Source: Iphione sp. A-MEVVRFRX5
Lineage: Eukaryota
Assembly (NCBI GenBank): GCA_976226885.1
Contig: OZ320323.1
Coordinates: 1,612,001-1,676,000 of the forward strand
Length of the DNA: 64,000 nt
Direction of reading: 5' to 3'
Part shown: piece after piece, positions 47,378 to 59,263 of the stretch
Layout of the letters: each line of letters starts with the position of its first letter
How positions within the stretch are numbered: position 1 is the first letter of the stretch
Notes under the pieces: model-generated
The model's input: only the letters and a program-made list of their open reading frames with translations
What the model was told of the DNA's origin: nothing
The model's database searches: none
Program-made: the position numbers and the translations under genes

Positions 47378-49072
47378 TTAGTAGACATGAAATTCTTTGC
47401 AACCTTGAAGTACTTTGGTGCCGTGTACATCCTGGAAAGCAAATCTGCGTATTCTTTCACCTGGTACATGTGTGAACTTCAACATCACCCCTGACTGCAT
47501 TGATTTGAACCAAGTATACCTGACGATGGCTGCCAAATCGGAGTCCCTTGCTTTCAGATTTGTCATAGCGCAGATGGTCGCCATGTTGTCACATTTAACC
47601 CCTACCTGTGACCCTCTTGGGTAATGATCGATGAACATTTCTACCGCCAGAGCTAAGTTTGATGCCTCCAACTTAGATATGGAGACGTCTTTGAGTGCCT
47701 TATTGTGAATTGCATAGAAGAACTTATCACAGTTGGCTCCCATCCCTGTTGGGCATGCATCTACATATATAGCATCAACTATTTGGTTGTTTACAAATGG
47801 ACTTACTCCGTTCTGTTTTGGCATGTACTCAACGAACCACCTCATGTCCTCTTTTACTTGCTGGGACAATTCAACTCGAGGGGAATTGTTCGCTAGGGCG
47901 CTTCTGTATTCAGCTAGGAGCCACAAAGTTTATGAAACCTACGAACCTCTGAACTGTCTTGGTTGATATGGAGGCTAACCCTATTATCTGAGCTGCTGAC
48001 ACCTTTGCCTTCTCTATTTTCTCCCTTGGGATTTTAAGGTTCTTTTCAGTGACATTAATGAGGATACCTAGCCAGATAGCTGATTTCGCAGGTGGTGTAC
48101 ATTTTTCTTCCGCAACTTTGAGACCTAAATCATAAATGACCGCCTTTATGAGGTGATATGCTTCACATGTTGCTTGCTCGTTCTTACCTACTACTACGTA
48201 ATCATCTAGGTATGCCATTATTACCACATCATCACATTTGTTGAGAACGTACTGTACAATTTTTTCAATTTTTGCAAATAGAACGACGACGTGCGGGTTC
48301 CGAATGGCAATGATATGTCAAAGTAGAAATTATCATCAACTGAGAAGACCAATAGGGGCCAATCTAATGGGTCAATGCGAAAATTCCTGTACGCGCGACC
48401 TATGTCAACAGTAGCTACCATTGCCTCGGGGCCAAATGTTGTGATTGCATTCACTAGCTCAATGGGGGTTGGCAGGGTCATTTCGTACTCAAAATCAAAC
48501 AACAAATGACTTGGGACGCCACTGTTTACATCAGAGGCACTTAAATCAATTACTACCCTTCGTTTTGTCGAACAATTTTTTGGTCTGGTGAGCATAGGGC
48601 TAACAGAACAATGCGAGAAAGGCTTACATGACTCAGGTGCTGATATTGCATAACATGAAAACTCTTCAGCTACATAGTCTAACACACTCTTAACGTGACC
48701 TAGGGCTGATTGGTAGTTTGGAATGTGCACGTCTGGTACATACGTTCGTGAATACCCTAATTGAAAGCCATACATTATACCATTGAGTAGTATGTCGTCG
48801 AGCTTCGAGTTCATTCCAATCAGCTCCCTCCATTTCTGAAAGTTAAGAGAGGATGTTAGTGGAAGACGAGATTCATATGCATTTGGTAACCCTGATGACT
48901 TAACCACATTGTATATCTTAACGAGGTCGGGGTTATTGTTTGCCTGTATTACAGGCCAGTTGTATACCCTGGAAAAAATGAGTGATTCAACTGTAACACA
49001 TGTTTTTACACTTGTCATATCATCTGGGACAGCTAATGGCATAATTTGCTGGTAATCATAATCGTCCAACAC
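47378..49072 (-). pseudogene. RT-RNase H of Ngaro element 2, two frameshifts
   Basis: VDIGRAYR, LPFG, YLDDY, WLGI, YVDAC, ISKLEA, CDN spread over ORFs 48221-49072, 47910-48227 and 47378-47926. Confidence 0.9.
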
Positions 49073-49956
49073 TAATCATTGTTCTGCCTCCAGCTGTCCC
49101 TTTGAGAGTTTTTTGAGTCTTTGTCTGCTTTCATGAGCCGCTTCTTGTGGCAACAATGTTCCATCTTGTGGTCAAGTGATTTATTGAACAGATATAGACA
49201 ACAAGGGCATGCATGTTTGAATATCACTTGACCATCCATATGCTCGTCCTTCTCCTCACACTTTGCCGTATGCCATTTGGGGCATACGACCACAAGTTCT
49301 TTTTCTGGCTTAACCTGCTTTTTCATTGAATATAGGTATGCGTTGATGTGTTTGCTCTTCATCCTATCAATCTTCGTCTCCCCCCAGGTTATCTGGCCTG
49401 CGTTGATCTCGTCCCATACCTCTGTGACCCATGCAGAGATTGGATCCCACTGGAGGGCTGCTGCTTCTTCTACCGCCTCTTTCAGGTGACACAGGATGCT
49501 GTCCTTGTCTTCTTTGGGGTATGCCTTGTCCCTGACTAATGCTACTGTCCCGGCCACGTACTGATGTAACGTTAGTTTCCCCAGTTCTGCTTTCTCCCCT
49601 TTCGGTAGTCGTACATAGCTAGCAGGGGTTAATTTCTTACTGGGCTTACCTGCGGCCGGGACAATGTCAGGGTACATGGTGGCGAGTAGCTGTTGTATCT
49701 GCGCGCTGCCCATGGTTTTCAGCTGTTCTGTTGAGGGTAAGGAGGAATCGGATCCTTCATCATCGTCGTCCTCCTCCTTATCTTGCTCACTTGTGGTTTC
49801 GCCGTCTTGAGCCGCCTTTGTCGCACTTCTTGTCACGATTGTTGACTTCTTCTGCTTCTTTGGTTTTTGCTTTGAGCCGTCTTCAAGCGCCATTATCCGT
49901 TTCATCATTTCTTCAAGGATCTTGGTGTGTTTGTCAACTATGTTGGCCTCCGCCAT
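49072..49956 (-). CDS. Gag-like ORF1 of Ngaro element 2
   Basis: Open 294-aa ORF with a C-terminal CPKW...C...H....KHACPCC...H..C motif. Confidence 0.8.
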   Translation of the reverse strand: MAEANIVDKHTKILEEMMKRIMALEDGSKQKPKKQKKSTIVTRSATKAAQDGETTSEQDKEEDDDDEGSDSSLPSTEQLKTMGSAQIQQLLATMYPDIVPAAGKPSKKLTPASYVRLPKGEKAELGKLTLHQYVAGTVALVRDKAYPKEDKDSILCHLKEAVEEAAALQWDPISAWVTEVWDEINAGQITWGETKIDRMKSKHINAYLYSMKKQVKPEKELVVVCPKWHTAKCEEKDEHMDGQVIFKHACPCCLYLFNKSLDHKMEHCCHKKRLMKADKDSKNSQRDSWRQNND

Positions 49957-50429
49957 GGCGGTGCGTTCAAATTCTCAACCGTCACGGCTTATGTTAGCGT
50001 CTCTCTCAAACGGCTTCACTGGCAGGGCTACACGCAGTGGTTGGCGGTGACGCGCGTCACCCTTATATTACCTGCCAGCTAGTGCCTCCCTCTGGCGTGA
50101 TAATTCGGAACACTCCAGTTCCCCACCTACCCATACTGGTACATAATATACCAGTAGTATATAGGCACATTTCTTTATCAAGAAAATTTGTTTACTAAAT
50201 GGTGCGCATTCGTTATAATACGGTCACTTACCTTATCCCTTATTCTATTTCTACCTTTTTATAGTACCTTTCTGGTCCTGACAGCGTTATAGAGTGACAC
50301 CCATCTCACAATACATGTTCTGCGTCATTTGCCACTTTTCCCTGAAACAAGAACGTATTTACAGTCAGTTCTCTCATATTTCACATATTCATTCTCATCC
50401 CTCCACCATACCATACTGTTCTCCCATAG

Positions 50430-51898
50430 TGTCCTCCTCCACCTTCCCCATTAGTTCATTCTTCAGTTCTGTCAGTAGACGACCTAATACATTCTTGCCC
50501 TTGTACCCAAGAGTCCTTTTTCAGCAGATGTCCCACACCAGCGGCAGCTCCCCAATAGTTTGACTTACTTGCACTTATTAAGTCTCGCTCTCCGGTACTT
50601 AACAGATCGTCCCTTGCTTCAGAAAGATCAGCAAATTTCGACTTCAGTACTTGTTTCATACACTCCTCTCTTTTGTCCTCCCAGTCCTCAGTCGCTATGA
50701 TTCGTTTCCCTAAACTGACCACCTCCAGGGGATCAGTCGCTTGCAATATTTCGTCCCGTGTCTTAAAGTCCTTGGCTTCCTCCGCCTTCTTGGCTTGGTA
50801 TGCATGCTCTGCGCTCAGGTAGACCCTATCCTCGTGCCTGAATGCAGCCGGGTACAAGTTGCTGAGCGAGGCGTGGTGGCCTTGAAACACCCGTTTTGCC
50901 TTCTCTATGGTAAGGTCACTTGGAAGATTATGTAACTCATGCGCTTTATATGGTTGGTCGTCGACATATAAAGTCAAACCTTTCATACTCGCTTTCCGTC
51001 CTTGTGCCTTGGCATGATTCATAATCGTCCTCATTTCTCCATGTGTAGTCCGCTGCTTGGGAGTTAGATCATCCGACAGCCAGATGTTGCTGCCCTTTAG
51101 CTTATTTCTTCTTTTCATCACAGCCGCCTTGTCTTCTTGAGAGTGGAATTTAACAAGTAAATCCCTTTTACCTCGAACAGACTCCTTGTTGATCCGGTAG
51201 CACCCTCCTATCGCATGTTTGTTTACTTTCACATCTACCTTCGTCAGCAAGGTTTGGACATCATCCGCTAGTTGTTGCCCCCTTGTCTCTGCCAGTCCAC
51301 TTACTACAATTGTATTTGATCTCATAGCCTTGTCCATTTGTTTGATCGCTTTCCCCTGCCTCATCAATTCTTTCTTTAGTAATTCGTTTTCCTTCTTTAA
51401 CCTCGATGTTTCACACTTCAAGTTCTCATTCTCTTCTGCAAGTTTTCCCTCCTTCTCATGTACCTTTTTTAAGTCACATTGGATCCTTGCTACCTCTGAT
51501 TTCATACCCGTCCAACCTTCTTGGGCCCCTTTCACGGATTCTTCCATATAAGCCATCCTCTGTTCACTCTTTTGTAGCCATACTAGAATTCTTTCTGTGT
51601 CAGACTTGATAGATTTCATCATTACTGGTGTCCTATGGGACCCTGGATTCCCCTTACCATGATGAACTGGTGATGACACTTTCCTCTTCCTTTTTTTCTT
51701 AGCTCTTTGCTGTTCGTGCTTCTCCGATACCTCCGACTCATAATCACCTTTTTGTTCTTCGTCCAGTTTATCCCCATTATTTCCTATTGTATTCAATATT
51801 TCAGTTATTGTCTCTGCAACTTCAATTCTTCCCTGCGCTTCATTATAACCACTTCCATCTGTATTCTTCTCACTCTCTTGCCCTTTTTGACTCGCCAT
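50430..51898 (-). CDS. LINE ORF1-type protein (coiled coil + RRM-like/CTD) fused to a C-terminal NADAR (YbiA/DUF1768) domain; frameshift just before the last helix
   Basis: ORF1 part: RSNTIVVSGL, LLVKF, NIWLSDDLT. NADAR part: LSNLYPAAF, YLSAEHAYQAKK, ILQATDP...LGK, W....EECMKQVLKSKF, LLSTG, YWG. A shifted frame continues GKNVLGRLLTELK. Confidence 0.85.
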
Positions 51899-52329
51899 AG
51901 TCGTACCGTCTGTAACCCTCGTATTGCGCTATTTTTAGAGTCCCCCTGCTGCACCGCGTATGTTTTCCGTATTTTCACATGTAAAATGCTTTAAAACTCC
52001 CGTACTGACCTTCAATGTACCGTAGTTTACACTACTGTCCCTTTCCAGGTATGTCACTTTACGTATCCTACTCCAAATACAATGCTATCATGTCCTTTGT
52101 ATCCTCCAATTCATATGAAACAATTTTAAAAATACATGCCTCTTCTTTGTGGACAAATTCAGAATGTGGTTCCACTAATGCCAGAAGCCCATCTATTTTG
52201 CTCTGTGGGAAACAAAAATATACTTCAATGTTTGACGTGGCTAGGCCTTTGCTCTGTAGGTGCTACGAGTCAAGTGTATAACCAGCCTTAGGTTCCCCCT
52301 TATAAGCTCATTTTTCTTTTGCTTGTTGT

Positions 52330-52430
52330 CATGGTGCAGTGTCCTTAAGGTCTCACACTGTAGTGTGTTCTTCTTGGTTATATTACTTACTTCTATAACA
52401 CGGTTTCGACTACTGTCTCATCAGGCACCA
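52330..52430 (-). ncRNA. Hammerhead-ribozyme-like core downstream of the Penelope-like ORF
   Basis: UGGUGC-CUGAUGA-GAC(AGUA)GUC-GAAAC, with a complementary GCACCA ~65 nt downstream. No canonical NUH cleavage triplet was found by eye. Confidence 0.45.
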
Positions 52431-52501
52431 ATGTTGATGGATATTTTGATGGTAAATAGAATACCTTTGCTAACAATGTTTGTTATTTTTTTGTGACGAG
52501 G

Positions 52502-53545
52502 CTAAATGGTATTCTGATACTCACCATCCAGTATGTTGAGTCCATAAGGTGATATGGATCTCAATCTGTGTATCCATTTCTGTTCTATTTTATTTCTTAA
52601 TGCTACTGATTTCTCATTCTTTGGTGAAATGTGGATAAAGTCTAGTACTTTTATCTCTAGGTCTTCTAATTGTTTATGGTCATTTTTATTAAAGTATTCT
52701 GTGATTAGGTTTTTCTTCTGATATTTTTTGATGTCATGAAAGTGATTTTTGAATCTGTCTTTAATCCTTAACTTGGTTTGTCCCACATAGTGAACATTGC
52801 ATTTTTTACACGATATCGCGTATATTAAGTTGCTGCTGTTGCAGTTCATTTTACATTTTGTTTCATATTCTCTTTTTGTATAGGTGTTTGTAATCTTCTC
52901 AGTAGTTTTTATTGTTGTGCAATGTATGCAATTCTTTGTTTGACAGTTCTTTGTTTCTGATTTCCTGGTGGGTTTCTCATTATTCTCTTCATAGCTTATT
53001 AGCCTGGCTCTGACTAGATGGTCTCTTAAGTTTTTGGGTCTTCTATATGCTGTCATGAACCCTGCTTCTCCGATATCTTTGGTTGTTTTCGATTTCTCTA
53101 GTAGTTCCCAATTCTGTTTGATGAGTGTCTCCACCTCGTATGAATCTGGTTGGTATTTGGTTATAAAGATTGATTTCCTTGTCTTTTGTTAATCGGTTTG
53201 TGCTGTATGCACTTTTCTCAGGAGTTCTCCCCTCTCCTTTTTAGATGCTTCATGGAGTGCCCTGGCTATAATATTTATAGGGTACCCTCTCTCTAGGAAA
53301 TTTACAGATTTGACTAGGCTGTGCCTTATGAAGTCTGCGTTCTTGCTGCAGATCCTTTTTATTCTCAGGAATTGACCATAGGGTATATTGTCTTTCATTT
53401 TTCTTGGATGAGCTGATCTATAGTGTAGGACACTGTTGAATAGGTCCGTGTTTAGGTGTCCATGTTCTGTTCTTGTTACTGTCGTGTCTAGGAAGTCTAC
53501 TTTAGTGTTTGAGGTGTAAACAGTGAAAGAGATCATATCGTGTTA
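52502..53545 (-). mobile_element. Penelope-like element 3' part (RT thumb + GIY-YIG endonuclease)
   Basis: ISFT...VDFLDTTV, LHYRSAHP, IPYGQFLRIKRICS; then C..KNC.HC, NLIYAISCKKC...YVGQT, RF.NH, EQKWIHRL...P.GLN. Confidence 0.92.
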
Positions 53546-56500
53546 CTCTTGCTCGTCTAAGAATATTAGATCAAGTACGGCCCTACTAGTTTTATGTATG
53601 ATGGTTGGAGACTTGATGAACTGAGTTAGCTTAAACTTTGAACTCATAAGCACTTGGTAATGTAGTACGTAGCCATGTTTCTACTATCCCACACACTCGC
53701 GGTTTGTGATCTCTTAAGAACCAACTTATGTCGTCAATTTTTGGCAATATACTTCTTATGTTCCAGAACACGAATGTCCTCCCCTTCATGATGACAAAGG
53801 TCGTTTAGCACATTAATTTTAGATTGATTAAGAAAGTTTATCAATGATATTAACATATAGTTATCATTTCGAAAGTAAGAGAACTTCCCCTTGATATTGA
53901 CGACAATCCTAAAAAGTGCCTATTTTATGATTCATGTACATATATGACAGAATTAAGCAAACACTCGGTACCTTTTATTATGACAGTTTCCTGATTCACA
54001 GCCTGGTATAGTTTGATCCGAACATACGCCTGATCAAGATGTTATGCCGTAGCAGAGAGAAATCCACTTTTACACATGAGCATCATAGTTCAAAATCATT
54101 GATGATAAACCTTTCTACTTCGGTTTCCCACATTTCTTGTACTAGCGGAACAACTCCCATGTTCTCACAGATTAACTCTGGGCGAAATATAGCATTGTTG
54201 TCATGCCATTCATGAATTGGGTAACATGTGTCAGGAGTGGGCAGACCATTTTGTTCATTCATAGCTGCACATACATTGTTAAATGTACCAATTTGGACAT
54301 TCAATTCATACTACAAGCAAGGAATTAGTTTGCCATATATCGGTAGAAAAAGCACCTTATGTGTACCTGGGACATGAAGATTGTGTGATATTTCATCAAA
54401 GTAATTCCACATGTCATAATCAAGCGCTAAGTATGTTTCATATACCAAGTTGTTGTTATTCCCATCATTTACGACCAGTGAGTGGATCCCTGTGTGAAAT
54501 ATTGTGAGTTCATAGTCAGGACTTGGTACCATAGGCATCATGTTTGTAATGTCTTTTACTGTAATCCCGTAGGTCGATACTATAGTGCACGGACACAGGT
54601 TGTCAAATCTGGCCCTGAGTCCATGTCCAATTGCCAGGCCCCGGTCATCTGTGATGAGCTGTATACGCGGCCACATCCCTATAGGAAATACAGTTTATTT
54701 ACTACTTTGAACACAACTGATGGGTGTTACTCTTGCTCGTCTAAGAATATTAGATCAAGTACGGCCCTACTAGTTTTATGTATGATGGTTGGAGACTTGA
54801 TGATCTGAGTTAGCTTAAACTTTGAACTCATTTTCTGGATAATATCCCGTCTATTGCTCGCTTTGCCCCAATCTACATTGAAGTCACCACCCAGTACAGT
54901 TTCTGTGATCCCTTTCCTTTTGAACTTGCTGAGAGTCGTTTCCAGATATTTCACTAGGGCCTCAATGTCTCCACCTGATGGAAAGTACAGAACACTGAAA
55001 GCTAAAGGTTTTCTAAATTTAGATCTTAGTATCAACCACATTGCCTTGATATTGTCATTTACAATATTGTGATCTGGACATTTCTCAGCTACTACTCCCT
55101 TTTCTGTATATATCAATAGACCCCCCCCCCCTGTCATCTTTTTGAGCCCTGATCTATCTTGCCTGTATATAGAGTATCCATCTTGCTTTAGATAAGCACT
55201 TGGTAATGTAGTACGTAGCCATGTTTCTACTATCCCACACACTCGCGGTTTGTGATCTCTTAAGAACCAACTTATGTTGTCAATTTTTGGCAATATACTT
55301 CTTATGTTCCAGAACACGAATGTCCTCCCCTTCATGATGACAAAGGTCGTTTAGCACATTAACTTTAGATTGATTAAGAAAGTTTATCAATGATATTAAC
55401 ATATAGTTATCATTTCGAAAGTAAGAGAACTTCCCCTTGATATTGACGACAATCCTAAAAAGTGCCTATTTTATGATTCATGTACATATATGACAGAATT
55501 TATCAAACAATCGGTACCTTTTATTATGACAGTTTTCTGATTCACAGCCTGGTATAGTTTGATCCGAACATACGCCTGATCAAGATGTTATGCCGTAGCA
55601 GAGAGAAATCCACTTTTACACATGAGCATCATAGTTCAAAATCATTGATGATAAACCTTTCTACTTCGGTTTCCCACATTTCTTGTACTAGCGGAACAAC
55701 TCCCATGTTCTCACAGATTAACTCTGGGCGAAATATAGCATTGTTGTCATGCCATTCATGAATTGGGTAACATGTGTCAGGAGTGGGCAGACCATTTTGT
55801 TCATTCATCGCTGTGCATACATTGTTAAATGTACCAATTTGGACATTCAATTCATACTGCAAGCGAGGAATTATAGTGTTTAACAGTTTGCCATATATTG
55901 GTAGAAAAAGCACCTTATGTGTACCCGGGACATGAAGATTGTGTGATATTTCGTCAAAGTAATTCCACATGTCATAATGAAGCGCTATGTATGTTTCATA
56001 TACCAATTTGTTGTTATTCCCATCATTTACGACCAGTGAGTGGATCCCTGTGTGAAATATTGTGAGTTCATAGTCAGGACTTGGTACCATAGGCATCATG
56101 TTTGTAATGTCTTTTAATGTAATCCCAGAGAGAAATCCACTTTTACACATGAGCATCATAGTTCAAAATCATTGATGATAAACCTTTCTACTTCGGTTTC
56201 CCACATTTCTTGTACTAGCGGAACAACTCCCATGTTCTCACAGATTAACTCTGGGCGAAATATAGCATTGTTGTCATGCCATTCATGAATTGGGTAACAT
56301 GTGTCAGGAGTGGGCAGACCATTTTGTTCATTCATAGCTGCGCATACATTGTTAAATGTACCAATTTGGACATTCAATTCATACTGAAAGCGAGGAATTA
56401 TAGTGTTTAACAGTTTGCCATATATCGGTAGAAAAAGCACCTTATGTGTACCCGGGACATGAAGATTGTGTGATATTTCGTCAAAGTAATTCCACATGTC

Positions 56501-58365
56501 ATAATCAAGCGCTAAGTATGTTTCATATACCAAGTTGTTGTTATTCCCATCATTTATGACCAGTGAGTGGATCCCTGTGTGAAATATTGTGAGTTCATAG
56601 TCAGGACTTGGTACCATAGGCATCATGTTTGTGATGTCTTCTACTGTAATCCCGTAGGTCAATACTATAGTGCACAGACACAGGTTGTCAAATCTGGCCC
56701 TGAGTCCATGTCCAATTGCCAGGCCCCGGTCATCTGTGATGAGCTGTATACGCGGCCACATCCCTATAGGAAATACAGTTGATTTACTACTTTGAACACA
56801 ACTGATGGGTGTTACTCTTACTCGTCTAAGAATATTAGATCAAGTACGGCCCTACTAGTTTTATGTATGATGGTTGGAGTCTTGATGAACTGAGTTAGCT
56901 TAAACTTTGAACTCATTTTCTGGATAATATCCCGTCTATTGCTCGCTTTACCCCAATCTACATTGAAGTCACCACCCAGTACAGTTTCTGTGATCCCTTT
57001 CCTTTTGAACTTGCTGAGAGTCGTTTCCAGATATTTCACTAGGGCCTCAATGTCTCCACCTGGTGGAAAGTACAGAACACCGAAAGCTAAAGGTTTTCTA
57101 AATTTAGATCTTAGTATCAACCACATTGCCTCGATATTGTCATTTACAATATTGTGATCTGGACATTTCTCAGCTACTACTCCCTTTTCTGTATATATCA
57201 ATAGACCACCTCCCTCTTTCATCTTTTTGAGCCCTGATCTATCTTGCCTGTATATAGAGTATCCATCTTGCTTTAGATAAGCACTTGGTAATGTAGTACG
57301 TAGCCATGTTTCTACTATCCCACACACTCGCGGTTTGTGATCTCTTAAGAACCAACTTATGTTGTCAATTTTTGGCAATATACTTCTTATGTTCCAGAAC
57401 ACGAATGTCCTCCCCTTCATGATGACAAAGGTCGTTTAGCACATTAATTTTAGATTAAGAAAGTTTATCAATGATATTAACATATAGTTATCATTTCGAA
57501 AGTAAGAGAACTTCCCCTTGATATTGAGGACAATCCTAAAAAGTGCCTATTTTATGATTCATGTACATATATGACAGAATTAAGCAAACAATCGGTACCT
57601 TTTATTATGCCAGTTTTCTGATTCACAGCCTGGTATAGTTTGATCCGAACATACGCCTGATCAAGATGTTATGCCGTAGCAGAGAGAAATCCATTTTTAC
57701 ACATGAGCATCATACTTCAAAATCATTGATGATAAACCTTTCTACTTCGGTTTCCCACATTTATTGTACTAGCGGAACAACTCCCATGTTCTCACAGATT
57801 AACTCTGGGCGAAATATAGCATTGTTGTCATGCCATTCATGAATTGGGTAACATGTGTCAGGAGTGGGCAGACCATTTTGTTCATTCATCGCTGTGCATA
57901 CATTGTTAAATGTACCAATTTGGACATTCAATTCATACTGCAAGCGAGGAATTATAGTGTTTAACAGTTTGCCATATATTGGTAGAAAAAGCACCTTATG
58001 TGTACCCGGGACATGAAGATTGTGTGATATTTCGTCAAAGTAATTCCACATGTCATAATCAAGCGCTAAGTATGTTTCATATACCAAGTTGTTGTTATTC
58101 CCATCATTTACGACCAGTGAGTGGATCCCTGTGTGAAATATTGTGAGTCCATAGTCAGGACTTGGTACCATAGGCATCATGTTTGTGATGTCTTCTACTG
58201 TAATCCCATAGGTCGATACTATAGTGCACGGACACAGGTTGTCAAATCTGGCCCTGAGTCCATGTCCAATTGCCAGGCCCCGGTCATCTGTGATGAGCTG
58301 TATACGCAGCCACATCCCTATAGGAAATACAGTTTATTTACTACTTTGAACACAACTGATGGGTG

Positions 58366-58974
58366 TTACTCTTGCTCGTCTAAGAATATTAGATCAAGTA
58401 CGGCCCTACTAGTTTTATGTGTGATGGTTGGAGACTTGATGAACTGAGTTAGCTTAAACTTTGAACTCATTTTCTGGATAATATCCCGTCTATTGCTCAC
58501 TTTACCCCAATCTACATTGAAGTCACCACCCAGTACAGTTTCTGTGATCCCTTTCCTTTTGAACTTGCTGAGAGTCGTTTCCAGATATTTCACTAGGGCC
58601 TCAATGTCTCCACCTGATGGAAAGTACAGAACACTGAAAGCTAAAGGTTTTCTAAATTTAGATCTTAGTATCAACCACATTGCCTCGATATTGTCATTTA
58701 CAATATTGTGATCTGGACATTTCTCAGCTACTACTCCCTTTTCTGTATATATCAATAGACCACCTCCCTCTTTCATCTTTTTGAGCCCTGATCTATCTTG
58801 CCTGTATATAGAGTATCCATCTTGCTTTAGATAAGCACTTGGTAATGTAGTACGTAGCCATGTTTCTACTATCCCACACACTCGCGGTTTGTGATCTCTT
58901 AAGAACCAACTTATGTTGTCAATTTTTGGCAATATACTTCTTATGTTCCAGAACACGAATGTCCTCCCCTTCAT
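58366..58974 (-). CDS. 202-aa APE endonuclease ORF lacking the terminal SDH motif (array ORF; also 54727, 56818, 59920, 63029; frameshifted at 61474-62083)
   Basis: WNIRS, VETW, RQDR...GGG, GDFNVDW, LDLIF, then a stop. Confidence 0.85.
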   Translation of the reverse strand: MKGRTFVFWNIRSILPKIDNISWFLRDHKPRVCGIVETWLRTTLPSAYLKQDGYSIYRQDRSGLKKMKEGGGLLIYTEKGVVAEKCPDHNIVNDNIEAMWLILRSKFRKPLAFSVLYFPSGGDIEALVKYLETTLSKFKRKGITETVLGGDFNVDWGKVSNRRDIIQKMSSKFKLTQFIKSPTITHKTSRAVLDLIFLDEQE

Positions 58975-59263
58975 GATGACAAAGGTCGTTTAGCACATTA
59001 ATTTTAGATTAAGAAAGTTTATCAATGATATTAACATATAGTTATCATTTCAAAAGTAAGAGAACTTCCCCTTGATATTGAGGACAATCCTAAAAAGTGC
59101 CTATTTTATGATTCATGTACATATATGACAGAATTAAGCAAACAATCGGTACCTTTTATTATGCCAGTTTTCTGATTCACAGCCTGGTATAGTTTGATCC
59201 GAACATACGCCTGATCAAGATGTTATGCCATAGCAGAGAGAAATCCATTTTTACACATGAGCA

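Larger units (their letters stand above)
45791..50129 (-). mobile_element. Second, unrelated Ngaro-type tyrosine-recombinase retrotransposon, full length
   Basis: SDRs A1 50006-50129, B1 46163-46315, A2 46042-46165, B2 45791-45945; order gag - RT/RH - YR; no TSD. Confidence 0.95.

Noticed and set aside
27204-50129. Shared CTA trinucleotide at the LINE-in-Gypsy junction and the Ngaro 2 core
   Set aside because: The mechanisms are unrelated (TPRT vs YR recombination), and a 3-bp match is expected by chance.
50430-50900. Bacterial ybiA gene, contamination or recent HGT
   Set aside because: The domain is in frame with a LINE-type ORF1, occurs as three diverged copies, and is embedded among eukaryotic TEs with no operon context. 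The ultimate origin of the domain is untested.
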